Made by a program: the position numbers and the translations under genes. The notes beneath the pieces are model-generated. The model searched no databases, was not told the DNA's origin, and worked only from the letters and a program-made list of their open reading frames with translations. Shown here one piece after another: positions 25,171-39,139 of a DNA stretch of 64,000 bases. The stretch is from the human T2T-CHM13v2.0 reference genome, Homo sapiens. The first letter of the stretch is position 1. Every line of letters starts with the position of its first letter. Location: NCBI RefSeq assembly GCF_009914755.1, contig NC_060933.1. One strand, given 5' to 3'.

Positions 25171-26067
25171 AGAAGAATTCTATGCACTTTTTGCTAAAAC
25201 TGCTAATGGGAAGTTAACTCTGAATAACCCCAAATACTCTAATCTCTTTGGGCCTCAATTCTCTCAACTGTAAAAGATGACTGAACTAGATGATTTATTA
25301 AGACCCTTTCTGTGCCTAGATCATGATAAATGCTCAATAAATATTTAGCCCTGGAATTTTCTGCCATGTGATATTCAACTCAGAGACAGGAATGTCTCCA
25401 CCTAAGCTTGATGTTCAAGTGAAATACTGTGGAAGAAACACTGAGCTTGGGACTTGAAAGCATGGGTTCAAAGGCTTTCCCCTTCTTGCCACAAGATGCA
25501 CTACCATCTTGAGTTTCACTCTAAGACAATGGACTGGTTAACTTTAACGGCAAGCAGAAAAGCAGTTGAAGCATCCCTTTATTTTGAGAGGTGTTTTCTG
25601 AAGAAATCTGTCTTGGGACTTTTGTTTAAGAACTAGTTCTTCTACAGGTTCTACTTCAACACTGCTAAACCACTCAGGAGTCCTAAAGCAACCTGGTGGA
25701 TTTTGAAGCTTGGAGAGACCTCTCGGTTAGCAGTAGTCTTAGACTGGGCTACTGAAGATGTTCCAGGGCACTCTTGGTGTTGGCATCATAAAGATTTCTC
25801 CTGTAACATTATTTATGACTCCAAAATGTTCTGAGTGGAGTTTCTGACTGAGTAGTAAATTCTGAATAAACTCACTCTGATAACAAAGTAGAATGAGATG
25901 GCTAGCACTGAGAATTCCTTAATTCTGCCAGTGATATGCAGACACCAATAAAAAGGAGGAACTGTGTTGCCTGGGAAGACAGAGGGCAAGGTAAACCTTT
26001 GCTCCTTGAACCCCACTGAAGTAGCACCTCATGTTAGACAGCTAAACAACTGTTAGAAAAACAAATC

Positions 26068-26366
26068 GGCCTGGTGCGGTGACTGCTGCCTGTAATTCCA
26101 GCACTTTGGGAGGTTAAGGTGGGTGGATTACTTGAGGTCAGGAGTTTGAGACAAGCCTGGCCAACATGGTGAATCCCCATCTCTACCAAAACATAAAAAT
26201 ATTAGCCAGGGGTGGTGGCATGCGCCTGTAATCCCAACTACTTGGGAGGCTGAGGTGGGAGGATCACTTGAACCTGGGAAATGGAGGTTGCAGTGAGCTG
26301 AGAGATTGCGCCACTGCACTCCAGCCTGGGTGACAGCACAAGACTACCTTAAAAAAAAAAAAAAGG
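26068..26366 (+). mobile_element. AluS
   Basis: Full dimer with A tail. Diverged TSD AGAAAAACAAATC / AGAAGAACTAATC. Confidence 0.93.
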
Positions 26367-26520
26367 AAGAAGAACTAATCTGCCAAACATTATTGAAAGG
26401 GTGGGCACAGCTGCTGGAGGAAGGAAATGGGAACTGCAAACTCCATTCAATATTCACATAATTCTGTAACACAGGCAGGAAGAAGGTGAGGTAAGAATGC
26501 ACGTGTTTCTTATCTACTGA

Positions 26521-26914
<394 letters not shown>

Positions 26915-28565
26915 AAGACAAGAACTCTTAGTGGGGATTGTGTATTTGGGTAATGAAATAACAACAAGTAGCAGCTTTTCCTCATAATGATGCACACTAG
27001 TGAATGGTACTGAATAATTAGTGAAATGATTGGTATAACTTGAGAAATTTCAGGTTTGAGAATTTAGCATATGGTCTAGGATATTAAGAATTCTAAATGA
27101 ATTTCAGGGTTTCGAGGGTTATATGTATGTGTATATAATTCAACAAAGTTAGGTTTACAATTATAGGGTTTTTTCTCTGTGGATAAGAGGAGAAAGAACA
27201 CAACATGTAATGATGAACATTTATTCAGTCTGATAATCAACAGAAATTGTATCCAATTAGATGCTGGTTAGTTTATAATGTGCCCAGTGCTTGCAGGATT
27301 TGTGGAAAGACAGGTAAAGGCTTCACTTCCCATCCCAAGACCCCAAAAAACACAATCTTAGCTGAAACCAGAAAACTCGAGGCCAGTGCCTGCCAGAATA
27401 AAAAACAACAACAAAACACAGGGAGCTTATTATTTGTGTCAACAACAGGCCTTTGTCGGAAAAGATCCTCCCACTAGTGTTTTCTCGTTACTGTCTTTCC
27501 CTTCGGAAGCAGCTCTACTTCTATGTGAACTAGCATCTGAAATTCCAACCTGTGAATCATTTAGTCAGATGGCTCGGACTGCCCTAAATTACCTCAAACA
27601 TTTTATAAGCTTTTCCTCTTGGCTTAACCAGTCCCAGAGCAAGAACTCGGGCAAGAACTTGCTATTCAGTGGGAGGAAAATTGAACATCATGGACCTCTG
27701 GTCACTTTAGTGAGTGCTGAATTAAAACAAAACAAAAAGATTGTATATGTTTTGTATCTGTGCCACAGGAATTCTTAATGAGCACCAGGCGATTTGGAAA
27801 TTTAATCACAAAGCAAAGATAACACTGCTTAAGATTTTTATTTTTCAGATCATGAAAAATAAAACATTTTTCATTTTCTGAAAAAAATAAAACATTTTTC
27901 ATTTTCTGAAAAATATTTTCAGATCATGAAAAATAAAACATTTCACCCAGTTCTTACATAGTTTTTAGTAAGTCGGTTTTTGGAGGTTAAGTGGGTCTAT
28001 CCATTATCCCAGTTCAATGGGCAACCCTAAGATGAGAAGAGGAGGAATCACTGGTATCACTAACACCTACTTTAGAAACTCAGTTTAATGAACACATAAC
28101 CTGAATGCAAGCTCTTTTAAATTCTATGCTATCTCTTTCCTTTTAGTAAGTTGACAGTCTATTTAAGGGATGTGGGGGCCATAAGGGGATGGGAGAAGTG
28201 GGGCATATATTAAACTATAAGTTTGGGCTGCCATGGATTCAATGATTAGTTCTGAATGCCCTCATTGGGCACATCAGCCTGGTACCACTGGGGAAGTGAG
28301 GCAGGAAATCAGCTGCTAATTAGAGTATATATTAACATGCTGCAAATTAATCAGGAAGAGCACGTTTAGTGTCATTTTCTAAAAGAGAATTAAAATTAAG
28401 AGGCATCAGGTGAAACTAAATTTAACAGAAAATGAGAGATATATTCCTCCTGTTAAGTATCACGTGCTCTGTGAGCACAGGCGAAGACAAGGATGTCTGC
28501 AGCTCTCTGGGTATGGGAAAAAAATGATTCTGGACTACCAATCTCTCATTTTAGTGTTTAGTGGA

Positions 28566-28711
28566 CAGGACTGGCTACAGAATCTGTAGGTCCCAGTGCA
28601 AAATAAAAATGTGGGGTCCTTGTTTAAGATGGCCACAGACAGAAGAGTATTAAACCAAGTGCAGGGCCCTGTGGAACTGCATGAGGTTGCATGTCTGTGA
28701 AGCTGGCCCTG
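28566..28711 (-). mobile_element. MER45A-like hAT-Tip100 MITE
   Basis: TIRs CAGGACTGGCT / AGCTGGCCCTG. Perfect 8-bp TSD TTAGTGGA at 28558-28565 and 28712-28719. Confidence 0.8.
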
Positions 28712-29753
28712 TTAGTGGAAGAAATGTTGCATACTGAAACATACAAATTGAGCTGAATTTATGGCTATGGTTGTTTCTGAAAATTACTTTACCTTAAATT
28801 GTGTCACAGAAAGGGGGAAAAACAGCAACCACCCACCTGGACTCTCCAATCAAAAACAACAAAAAAAAACCCACCCTGGAAGGCTGAGGAGCCAGCTAAT
28901 TCCCATCTGCTGCTGTGTGCCACTCTGCATTCACCCTTCCGCCCAATGCCTGGACTGGAGTGAAGAATAAGATCCTAGTAGCAAGCAGATTACCTTCCCA
29001 TTGACAACAGTAGTTTACAATTGAAGAGCACTGTACGGTGTAGACCTGTAAACTTTAAAAATTATGACCCATATTAACAACTATGTTTTATATTGTACCT
29101 AGTCCCCCAACCCACACACATGTAAATATAATGGAAACGAAAGTTTCATGAAACAATAATTCACCTGACTGTGATATCCTTTAACATTTTCTATTCAATT
29201 TCATTTAAATGTATTTATTTCACTTTTTTAAAGATGCTGCTCATGACCCCATCATATGGAATTCACTGCCCAATAATGGTCCCAATTCACTGCTGTGCGG
29301 AAACTCCCAGGTTGGAAAAGATTGGTACCTGGCCATTGTTTTTCTCCACCAAGTGTGCTCTGCTCCCTGCCCCCAATCTTCCTGGAATACATTCTGCCTC
29401 TGACCACTGGGGTCGATATTAATTTACACTGAGACAAACCTAGTACTACATCCCCTTTCGGTGGGATTTTCCATTTTGGAGTGGAATAGAAACTCCCTTT
29501 TCTCTTGGGTTGCAAGGCTGAGCAGGTACAATTCAGGACTGTTTGAGGAGAAACAAAACAAAAATCAGAAGAGAGAAAGATATTCCCAACCAAACTCCTG
29601 GTTCAAGGTACTAATAAAGCATCTTCACCCTGGTTCTTCCTGGTTACGTCAGCTAGTCTGTGAGAATTTTTGTCTTTTTTCAACAACAAAGCCATGACTA
29701 ATACAAACACTGTAATAGAACATGTAAACAGATAACAAATATATGTTATAGAT

Positions 29754-29993
29754 CAAGGGTGTCCAATCTCTTGACTTCCCTGGGCCACAATGGAAGAGAA
29801 GGAACTGTCTTGGGCCACATGTAAAATACGCTAATGCTAAAGATAGCTGATGAGCTAAACAAAAACAAAAAAACCACAGAAACACGCCAAAAAAAATCTC
29901 ATGTTTTAAGAAAGTTTACAAATTTGTGTTGGGCTGCATTCAAAGCCGTCCTGGGCCACGTGAGGCCCACAGGCTATGGGTTGGACAAGCTTG
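29754..29993 (+). mobile_element. MER30 (hAT-Charlie)
   Basis: Termini CAAGGGTGTCCAATC / GGTTGGACAAGCTTG. 8-bp TSD TTATAGAT / TTATAAAT. Confidence 0.85.
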
Positions 29994-31425
29994 TTATAAA
30001 TATTAGTAGCTGTATCTTAAAAATATTGTTTTCAGTCCCTTTTTTTGGGCATGTTAAACCTTTTCATTCTCTTATTGTAAAAGAAATTTTCTTAAACCAA
30101 AGCTTCTTTATTTTTCAGCACTTACACAAATAATACTTTTCCCCATATTTTAATCTTATTTAACAAATAATGATTAAGCTTATGACTCTGGCTGTGAGGC
30201 ATAAATGTCAAATCAAAGAGTTCTCTTAAGACAGAATTAGCCATAGATGATAATGTTTCCAAATGAAAGTTATAACACTAACTTAGCACCAACAGTAATA
30301 ACAGTACCTTAAAACTGATAGTATGAACTATAATTTACTGAACATCTGTGTGTTCCAGGAAGTTTGTATGTTATCTATTTTAATAATCCTCACAGCGCTT
30401 TAAGAGTAATGATATCCTCATTCTTCACATTATGAGGGAGGCACAGTGATATTAACTTGTGCAAGATTAACCAGCCTGAAATGAGTGAAGCTGTGATTTA
30501 ATCCAAGATAGTCTGATTCTATTTCCCTGTTGTCTCTTCAGGGACTGCCTTGGATTTGTACATCACAGTTGACTAATGTTCCACAAAAGACACTACACTT
30601 TTTTCTTGTTCCCATTTTAAAGTGACGATTCACATTATATTCATTGGCAATTCAAAAATATGCTGCTTTTCTTCATAGGTTCCCGTGTGAAAACATGTTA
30701 GAGATGTTACTGTAGGAGATTTAACTGAGGCAGAATAAGACCTGAAGAATGGCACATATATTATCCTGCCCCTGGATCTTAATCTAGGCTCTCTGAAGAA
30801 CATTTCACGAAATCCAGACCCTTTATTAATTATTGAGCTTGGTGTCCCAACCAAAGTGATATTATAGAATAACAAAGCCACAGCAAATGATTTAAAGTTT
30901 TATAAAATGTAGGTTCCCTGGTAAAAGACAAATTCTTCTTCTTCTTTTTTTTTTTTAAAAAGGAAGACTCAGATGGTACTCAAGAAAGACCTCAGCTGGT
31001 TAAATTTGGCCACCAAAGTGGTCCACATTCCTCTGGCTTTGAGACCACAGCATTTTCATTTGATTATCTACATTGTAGAGCATATAGTTATTTTAAGCTT
31101 TACACTCTCTGCATTTGTTCCATCTAAGATGAAGGAACAAGTGTGGAGATAAATCTTGGTGTCATAAAACTATCTCCTTTATTTCAATGAACTCTTTAAT
31201 TTGTATTACTTCTAAAAGATGTATCAGTTTTGAAGATATTTTCAATAAATTGACAGAAAATGGATGTTAGAACTAATACTGCTACGTTTGCTAAGCTTCT
31301 CGGACCAGACATTTGTACTTAATTTCTCCATTTGCTTGTAACTGCATCTTATCTTTCTGAAACCAATCAGAAAAAGAGAAAGCTGCCTAAAATGCCTTTT
31401 AAAAAAATAAAAGAAAAGAAAAAAT

Positions 31426-31711
31426 AGAGAGACAGGTTCTTGCTCTGTCACCCAGGCTGGAGTGTAGTGGCACAATCATAGCTCACTGCAGCCTCAAACT
31501 CCTGGGCTCAAGTGACCCTCTGGCTTTGGCCTCCCTAGTAGCTAAGACTACAGGTGTGTACCACATGCCCAGCAAATTTCTTTATATTTTTTGTAGAGAC
31601 AGGGTCTCACTCTGTTGTCCAGGTTGGACTCCAACTCCTAGCCTGAAGTCATCTTTCTGCCTTGGCCTCCAAAAGTGCTGGCATTACAGGTTTGAGCCAC
31701 CATGCCCAGCT
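31426..31711 (-). mobile_element. AluJ
   Basis: J-type ATCATAGCTCACTGCAGCCTCAAACTCCTGGGCTCAAG. Confidence 0.9.
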
Positions 31712-32323
31712 CAGCTTACTTTTATTTTATTAGATTTTAATCTTTAAGATTTCTTATCTTTTAAGATAATCATTATTTCTTTAATCCATGTAAAATGGAT
31801 TGTTCATGTAAAAATTTAAAAATGCAGGTAAGTAAAATAAATAAAACATAAAAACAAAATGACCTTTACCCCAACTATTCAGAAATAATCCCTGCTAACA
31901 GTCTGAATTAATCTTCCAGGCATATATGTATGCACCTATAATAAATATCTGTATTATATGTCTTTAAAAATCAGATGCATGCTGTACGTGCTGTTTTGAA
32001 ATTATTTACATCAATATATCATGAGCGACTTTCTGTCCAATATTAATTATACATCTATATTACCATTTTTAGCATCTGCATAGTATTTTATTTTTTAGGT
32101 GTACTCTGAATTTGTTAATCGATTTCCTACAATTGGATAATTTAATTATTTTCATTGTTAACAACTTTGAGCAATGTTGTCTTTGGGACATGTAACCTAC
32201 TAACTACAATTAGCAATAACATTTCTACCAGTGGCATTACTGGATCAAAGGGTATAAACACCTCAAAAGATTTTATATATTGTCATACTACTGGCAGATT
32301 GTACCAATTTATCCTCCTATTAA

Positions 32324-32644
<321 letters not shown>

Positions 32645-32759
32645 TCCTCATCTCTCTTTTTATCTTTGCCATTCTAGCAAGTAAAAAGGCACTTTCACTC
32701 ATCAATTGTGTTTCCGTAATTATGGCATGCTGAGATTTACTTTTAAAATTCAGTTTAGA

Positions 32760-32905
32760 TACTTGGGGCGCTGAGGCACAAGAATCACTTGAACCCAGCA
32801 GATGGAACCTGCAGTGAGCCGAGAATGTGCCACTGCACTCCAACCTGGGTGACAGAGCACGACTCTGTATCAAACAAATAAAAAATAAAAGAAAAGAAAA
32901 AGAAA
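32760..32905 (+). mobile_element. 5'-truncated Alu (right arm only)
   Basis: TSD AAAATTCAGTTTAGA (32745-32759) / AAAATTCAATTTAGA (32906-32920). Confidence 0.85.
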
Positions 32906-34165
32906 AAAATTCAATTTAGAGACAAACTTATGGAATGGTGGAATAAGGACCTCTAAAAATCTATCTTTCCACAAAAGTGGCAAAAATTGTCAATATCAAC
33001 TTTTTCAGATATCTGGAAATTAACCACAGGCTTGCAACAACATAACATTTATTCAAGAAAAACAGCTGAATCTAGGTGACAATAGCTTGTTTTGTGCAAC
33101 TTGTGTTCCTCCCATCTCCCTTTTCCAGCTCTGCAATAGCCTAGAAAACCAACAGCTTCTCAGCCACAGTAGCTGTGAAAACCAAAAGTAACATATTAAA
33201 TGTAAATGAACTAAATACGTTAGTCAATAGACAGAGATAGGCAAAATGAATTAGAAAATGACCAAACTACATGCTGGCTACAAGAGACACAATTTAGATT
33301 AAAAGACACATTGAAAGAAAAAGGACAGAAGATGACGTACCATGCAAACAGTAACCAAAAGAGAGCTAGACTAATATCAGACAAAACAGACTTCAGGGTA
33401 AAAATTATTACTAGAGACAAATAAGTACATATAATAAAGGTTAAGTCAATCAAGTAGGCATAACAATTGTATGCTTATGTGCAATAATAGTGCAATAACA
33501 ATTTGTGCACTGAACAATAGAGCCCCAAAACACATGAAGCAAAAATTGACAAAACTGAAAGAAGAAACAGACAATTCAACAACAGTTTGAGACTTCAAGA
33601 TTCACTTTCAATAATGTATAGAACAAAAAGGCAGAATATCCACAAACAAAAACACAATGAAAAATACTGTAATCCAACTACAGCTAACATATATCAATAG
33701 AACATGCTACTGAACAACAGCAGAATATACATCTTCTCGCATGTTCAGGTGGCAGTATTCCCCAAACTGATCTACATAGTCAACATCATCCCTATCAAAT
33801 CCCAGGTGCCTTTTTTTTTTTTTTTGGCAGAAACTCACAAGCTGATCTTAAAATTTATGTGGAAATGTAAAGGACTCAAATAGTCAAAACAATCTTAAAG
33901 AAGAATATAGGTGAAGGACCCATACTTTCTAATTTCAAAGCTTACTACAAAAGACAGTGTGGTATTGACTTAAAAAAAGACATGTGCATCAGTGTAATAG
34001 AACTGAGAATTCAGAAATAAAACTTTATGTTCACGATCACCTGGTTTTCAACATGGGGGCCAAGACAATCCAATGTGGAAAGAACAGTCTTATAGTAAAT
34101 GGTTCTGGGACAACTGGAAAACCACATGCAAAAGAATAAAGTTGGGCCTTTTCTTATACCATATA

Positions 34166-34278
34166 AAGATGGTCCTAACTTACAATGGTTCAATTTAAGA
34201 TTTTTCAACATTATGATAGTGCAAATGCAATATATATTCATTAGAAACTGTAATACCATTGTAAATCAAGAGCATCTG
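34166..34278. mobile_element. Internally deleted Tigger-type MITE (MER47-like) inserted at a TA within L1
   Basis: Termini AGATGGTCCTAACTTACAATGG / CCATTGTAAATCAAGAGCATCTG, flanked by TA. Confidence 0.65.
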
Positions 34279-35161
34279 TATAAAAACCAACTCAAAATGA
34301 ACAATATACTAAAATGTAAGAGCTGAAACTACCAAAACTATTGGGAGAAAACATAGGTGTAAATCTTTGTCACCCTGGATTAGGCAAGTTTCTTAGATAT
34401 AACACCTAAAGCACAAGAACCAAATAAAAAATAGACAACCTGAACTTCACCAAAATTAAAAGCCTTTGTGCTTCAAAGGACACTATAAAGAAAGTGAAAT
34501 CCCTACAGAATATAATGTATTTGCAAATCATATTTCTGATAAAAGTCTAGTCTCCTTTATATAAAGGACTCTGACAACTCAACAATAAAAACACAAGTCT
34601 ATTAAAAATAGGCAGAGGATCTAAATAGACATTTCTCCAAAGAAGAGATACAAATGCCTAATAAACACCTGAAAACCCCATTAGCCTTTAGGGAAATAAA
34701 AATCACAATGAGATACCATCTTATAACCACTAGGATGGCTAAAATAAAAAAGAAAAACAATAACAAGTGTTGGCTAGCATAAGGAGAAACTGGAACGCTA
34801 ACACATTGCTGGTAGGACTGTAAAATGGTATAGCCACATTAAGAACAGTTTGGTATGTCCTGAAAATGTTAATCATAGAACTACCAAATGATCCAGGAAT
34901 TCTACTCCCAGGAATACACCCAAGAGAAGAGAAAACCATTTGAATAATTTGAATTGTATGTTCACAGAAAAAATTGTACATGAATGTTCACAGCAACATT
35001 ATTTGTAATAGCCAAAAAGTATAATCAACTCAAGTATCCATCAATAAGTGAAGGTAAATAAAAACTTTTATTTTTCTTACTTATTTGATCTAACAGATAA
35101 CAGCTCTAATAGCAAGTGTTCAATTATGTATGTTTTTATATATACATAGTTTTACACGTTT

Positions 35162-35185
35162 ACACACACACACACACACACACAC
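35162..35185. repeat. (CA)n microsatellite
   Basis: About 12 uninterrupted AC units. Confidence 0.9.
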
Positions 35186-36911
35186 GTATTCCTCTATATA
35201 AGGGAAATGAATGACAGTAATACAAGGGATGGAAAGAAGGAATTAAAAGTATTTTGTTATTACAAGGTACTTGTGCTACCCATGAAGCAGTATAGTATTC
35301 TTTGAGTGTGGACCTGGGTTAGTTGTAAATGTACATTGCAAACTCAAGGGCAACGACTAAAATAAAAGAAGTATAACGAATATGCTAAGACAGCAGAGAA
35401 AATGAAATATAAAATGGTCAGTTAAAACCATAAGAGGCAGAAAGAGAGTGGAAGACAAAAATAGGAATAAAGAACAAGGGCAAACTAGAAAACAATAATC
35501 ATCATGGTAGATATTATTGCAATATATCACTAAACACTTTAAATGTGAACGGTCTACATACACCAATTAAAAGACAGAGATGGCCAGAATGGATAAAAAA
35601 AACCACAACCACATACATTGTCTATAATAAACCCACTTTAACATAAAGATATAAATAGAATAAAAAACAAATGAATGAATATATATGATGCTAACACTAA
35701 TGAAAAGACAAGTAGCTATACCCAAGTAGCTGTATTAATTTCAGACAAAGCAGGCTTCAAAGTAAGGAAAGTTATTAGGCCTTACATAATGATAACGGGG
35801 TCAATTCTCCAAAAAACTCTAACAATCCTTAATGTGTATATCCCTAACAAAAGAGCATCACAAAACATGAGGCAAAAACTGATAGAAGGAAAACAGATAA
35901 ACCCGCTATTACAGTTAGAAACTTCAACATCCATCTATCAGAAATGAACAGATCCAGCATGCAGAAAATCAAGAACATAGCTGTATTCAACAATGCCATC
36001 AATCAATTAGATATAATGGCCAGCTGTTGATTACTTTATCCAGCAACAGCAGAATGCACATTCTTCTCAAGCTCACACATAACAGTCACCAAGACAGACC
36101 ACATTATGGGCCATAAAAGACACCTTAACAAATTTAAAAGAATGAAAATCATACAACGTCTGTTTTCATACCACAATGAAATGAAACTAGAAACAAATAA
36201 CCAAAAGATAACTGGGAAATCCCCAAATACATGGAAATTAAACAATACAGTTCTACATAACACATGGGTAGTCAAAGAAGTTAAGAAGTGTTTTGAACTA
36301 AACGAAAAATTAAAATACAACTTATCAAAATTTGTGGAATACAACAAAATCCATGCTTAGAGACAAATTTATAGTATTAAATGCAAATATTAGAAAAGAA
36401 GAAAGATCTAAAATCGATATCTAAATTTCCACCTCAGGAAACTAGAAATAGAAGAGCAAAGTAAATCCGAAGTATGCAGAAGAAAATAAGTAATAAAATT
36501 TAGAGCAGAAATCTATGAAATTGAAAACAGGAAATCAACAGAAGAAAATGAAACCAAAGCTGATTCTTCGAAAAGATCAATAAAACAAATACGCCTTTAG
36601 CCAGGTTAACTAAAAAACAAAACAAAAAAAAAAAAAAAAAAAGAGAAGGCACAAATTACTAGTATCAGAAATCAAAGAGTGATCACTATAGATCACACGG
36701 ACGTTAAAAGGACAATCAAGGAACACTAGAAAAACTCTATGCCCAAAATTTGACAACCTAGATAAAACAGACCAATTCTTTGAAACACAATTTGCCAAAA
36801 CTCCTATAAAATAAAACAGACAATCTGAATAGGCCTATATTCAGTAACCGAAATGGAACAACAATTAACCTTCCCGAACAGTAAACAGGCCCAGATGGAA
36901 TCACTGGTGAT

Positions 36912-38350
36912 CTCTTTTTTTCTATAAAACAATGTTTTAAAATTGGCACATAATAATCATACATATTTATGGGTACATAGTAATATAGCAATATGTATAA
37001 TGCATAGTGATCAGATGAGAGTAATCAGCATATCCATCATCTCAAATGTATATCATTTCTTTGTGTTGGGAACATGCAATATCCTCCTTCTAGGTATTTC
37101 AAAATATATAACATTTTATTGTGAACTACATTAAAATAGTGCTACAGGACATTAGAACTTATTCCACCTATTTACCTGTAATTTTGTATCATTTAACAAA
37201 TCTCTCCCTCCCCATACCCTTCTCAGCCTTTAGTACCCTCTGTTCCACTTTTTACTTCTATGAGATCTACAGTTTTTTTTCACATATAAGCATATGCAGT
37301 GTTTAACTTTCTGTTTCTGGCTTATTCCACTTAATGTAATATCCTCCAATTCTATCCATGTTGCTGCAAATGATAGGATTTCATTTTTTTTTTTTTATGG
37401 CTGGACGGTACTCCACTGTGTACATACATACTACATTTTCTTTATCTATTCATCTGTTGATAGGCACCTAGACTGATACATTGGCTACTGTGAACAGTGC
37501 TGCAGTCAACATGGGGGTGCAGATCTCTCTGATATAATAACTTCTCTTTGCTTTGGATAAAGGCCCTATAGTGAGACTACTGGACTATATTGTGGTTCTA
37601 TTTGTAGTTTTTTGAGGAACCTTTGTACTGTTCTCCACAGCAGCTATATTAGTTTACGTTCTCACCAATAGTGTACAAAAGTTCCTTTTTTTCCACATCC
37701 TCACCAGCATTTGCTATTTTTTGTCTTTTTGATAATGGCCTTCCTAAGTGGGGTGAGATGATACTTTATTGTGGTTTTAATTTGCATTTGCCTGATGATT
37801 AGTAATGTTGAGTACCTTTTCATGTATTTGTTGACTGTGTGTCTTCCTTTGAGAAATGTCTCTTCAGATCATTTGCTCATGTATTAATTGGATTTTTTTT
37901 TTTTTTTTGCTGTTGAGATGTTTGAATTCCTTGTATATTCTAGATATATATTAACCCCCTGTTGGATGAATACGGATATTTTCTCCTATCCAGTAGGTTC
38001 TTTCTACTCTGTTGTTTCCATTGCTGCACAGAAACTCTTCAGTTTGATATAATCTCATTTATTTTTGCTTTTGTTGCCTGTGGTTTTGAAATCTTATTCA
38101 AAAAATCTTTTCCCAGACCTATGTCCTGATGTTTCCCCTATGTTTTCCTCTAGCAGTTTTGTGTCTTATATTTAGGTCTTTGATCCACTTTGCGTTGATT
38201 TTCGTAAAGGGTGGGACGTGGGGGTCTAGTTTCATTCTTTTGCATGTGGATATCTAGCTTTCACAACACCATTTATTGAAAAGACTGTCCTTTCCCCAAT
38301 GTATGTTCTTGGAACTTTGTCAAAAATCAGTTGGCTATAGATATAGGGGT
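36912..38350 (-). mobile_element. L1MA-type 3' fragment nested in the plus-strand L1M
   Basis: Switch to a T-rich strand. The host L1 reads ...CAGATGGAATCACTGGTGA before and TTCTGTCAAAGATTTAAGAAAGAAAT after. Confidence 0.85.
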
Positions 38351-39052
38351 TACTGTCACTTCTGTCAAAGATTTAAGAAAGAAATCTTAGCAATTATCTA
38401 CAATTCCTTTAAGAAGATAGAAGCAGAAGGAGGGAATACCTCCTAACTCATTATGAGGCCAGCATTAACTTAATACCAAAACCAGACAAAGTCATTCCGA
38501 GAAAGCTACAGACCAGTATCTCTGATAAACACAGATATAAAATTCCCAACAAAATATTAGCAAATCACATCTAACAATGTATAAAAATAATTATACACCA
38601 CAGCCAAGTGGGATTTATCCTAGGTATGCAATGGGATACCTAGGTACAACATTTGGAAATCAATTAATGAAATCCACAGGTCAATAGGCTAAGAAAAAAA
38701 TCATAGGGTCATATCAACAGATGCAGAAGAAATGTTTGACAAAATCCAACACCCATTCATGATAAAAACTTGCATGAAATTAGGAATAGAAGAGAACTTC
38801 CTCAACTTCATAAAGAACATCTATTAAAAAATCTACAGCTAATATCATATTTAATGGTGAGAAACTAGAAGCTTTCTCTCTAAGATCAGGAACAAGGTGA
38901 GGATGTCTCCTCTCAACACTCCTTTTCAGCACTGAACTGGAAGTCCTAGCAAATGTAATAAAATAAGAAAAGGAAATAAAAGGTACACAGATTGAGAAGG
39001 AAGAAAACTGTCTCTGTTCTCATCTGAAAAAAACTAACTTAAAATCTCCTGG

Positions 39053-39139
39053 CACATGTATACATATGTAACTAACCTGCACAATGTGCACATGTACCCT
39101 AAAACTTAAAGTATAATAATAAAAGAAAAGCTTAAAAAA
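39053..39139 (+). mobile_element. Extremely 5'-truncated young L1 (L1PA2/pre-Ta-like 3' terminus)
   Basis: CACATGTATACATATGTAACTAACCTGCACAATGTGCACATGTACCCTAAAACTTAAAGTATAAT plus tail. TSD AAAATCTCCTGG at 39041-39052 and 39140-39151. Confidence 0.9.
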
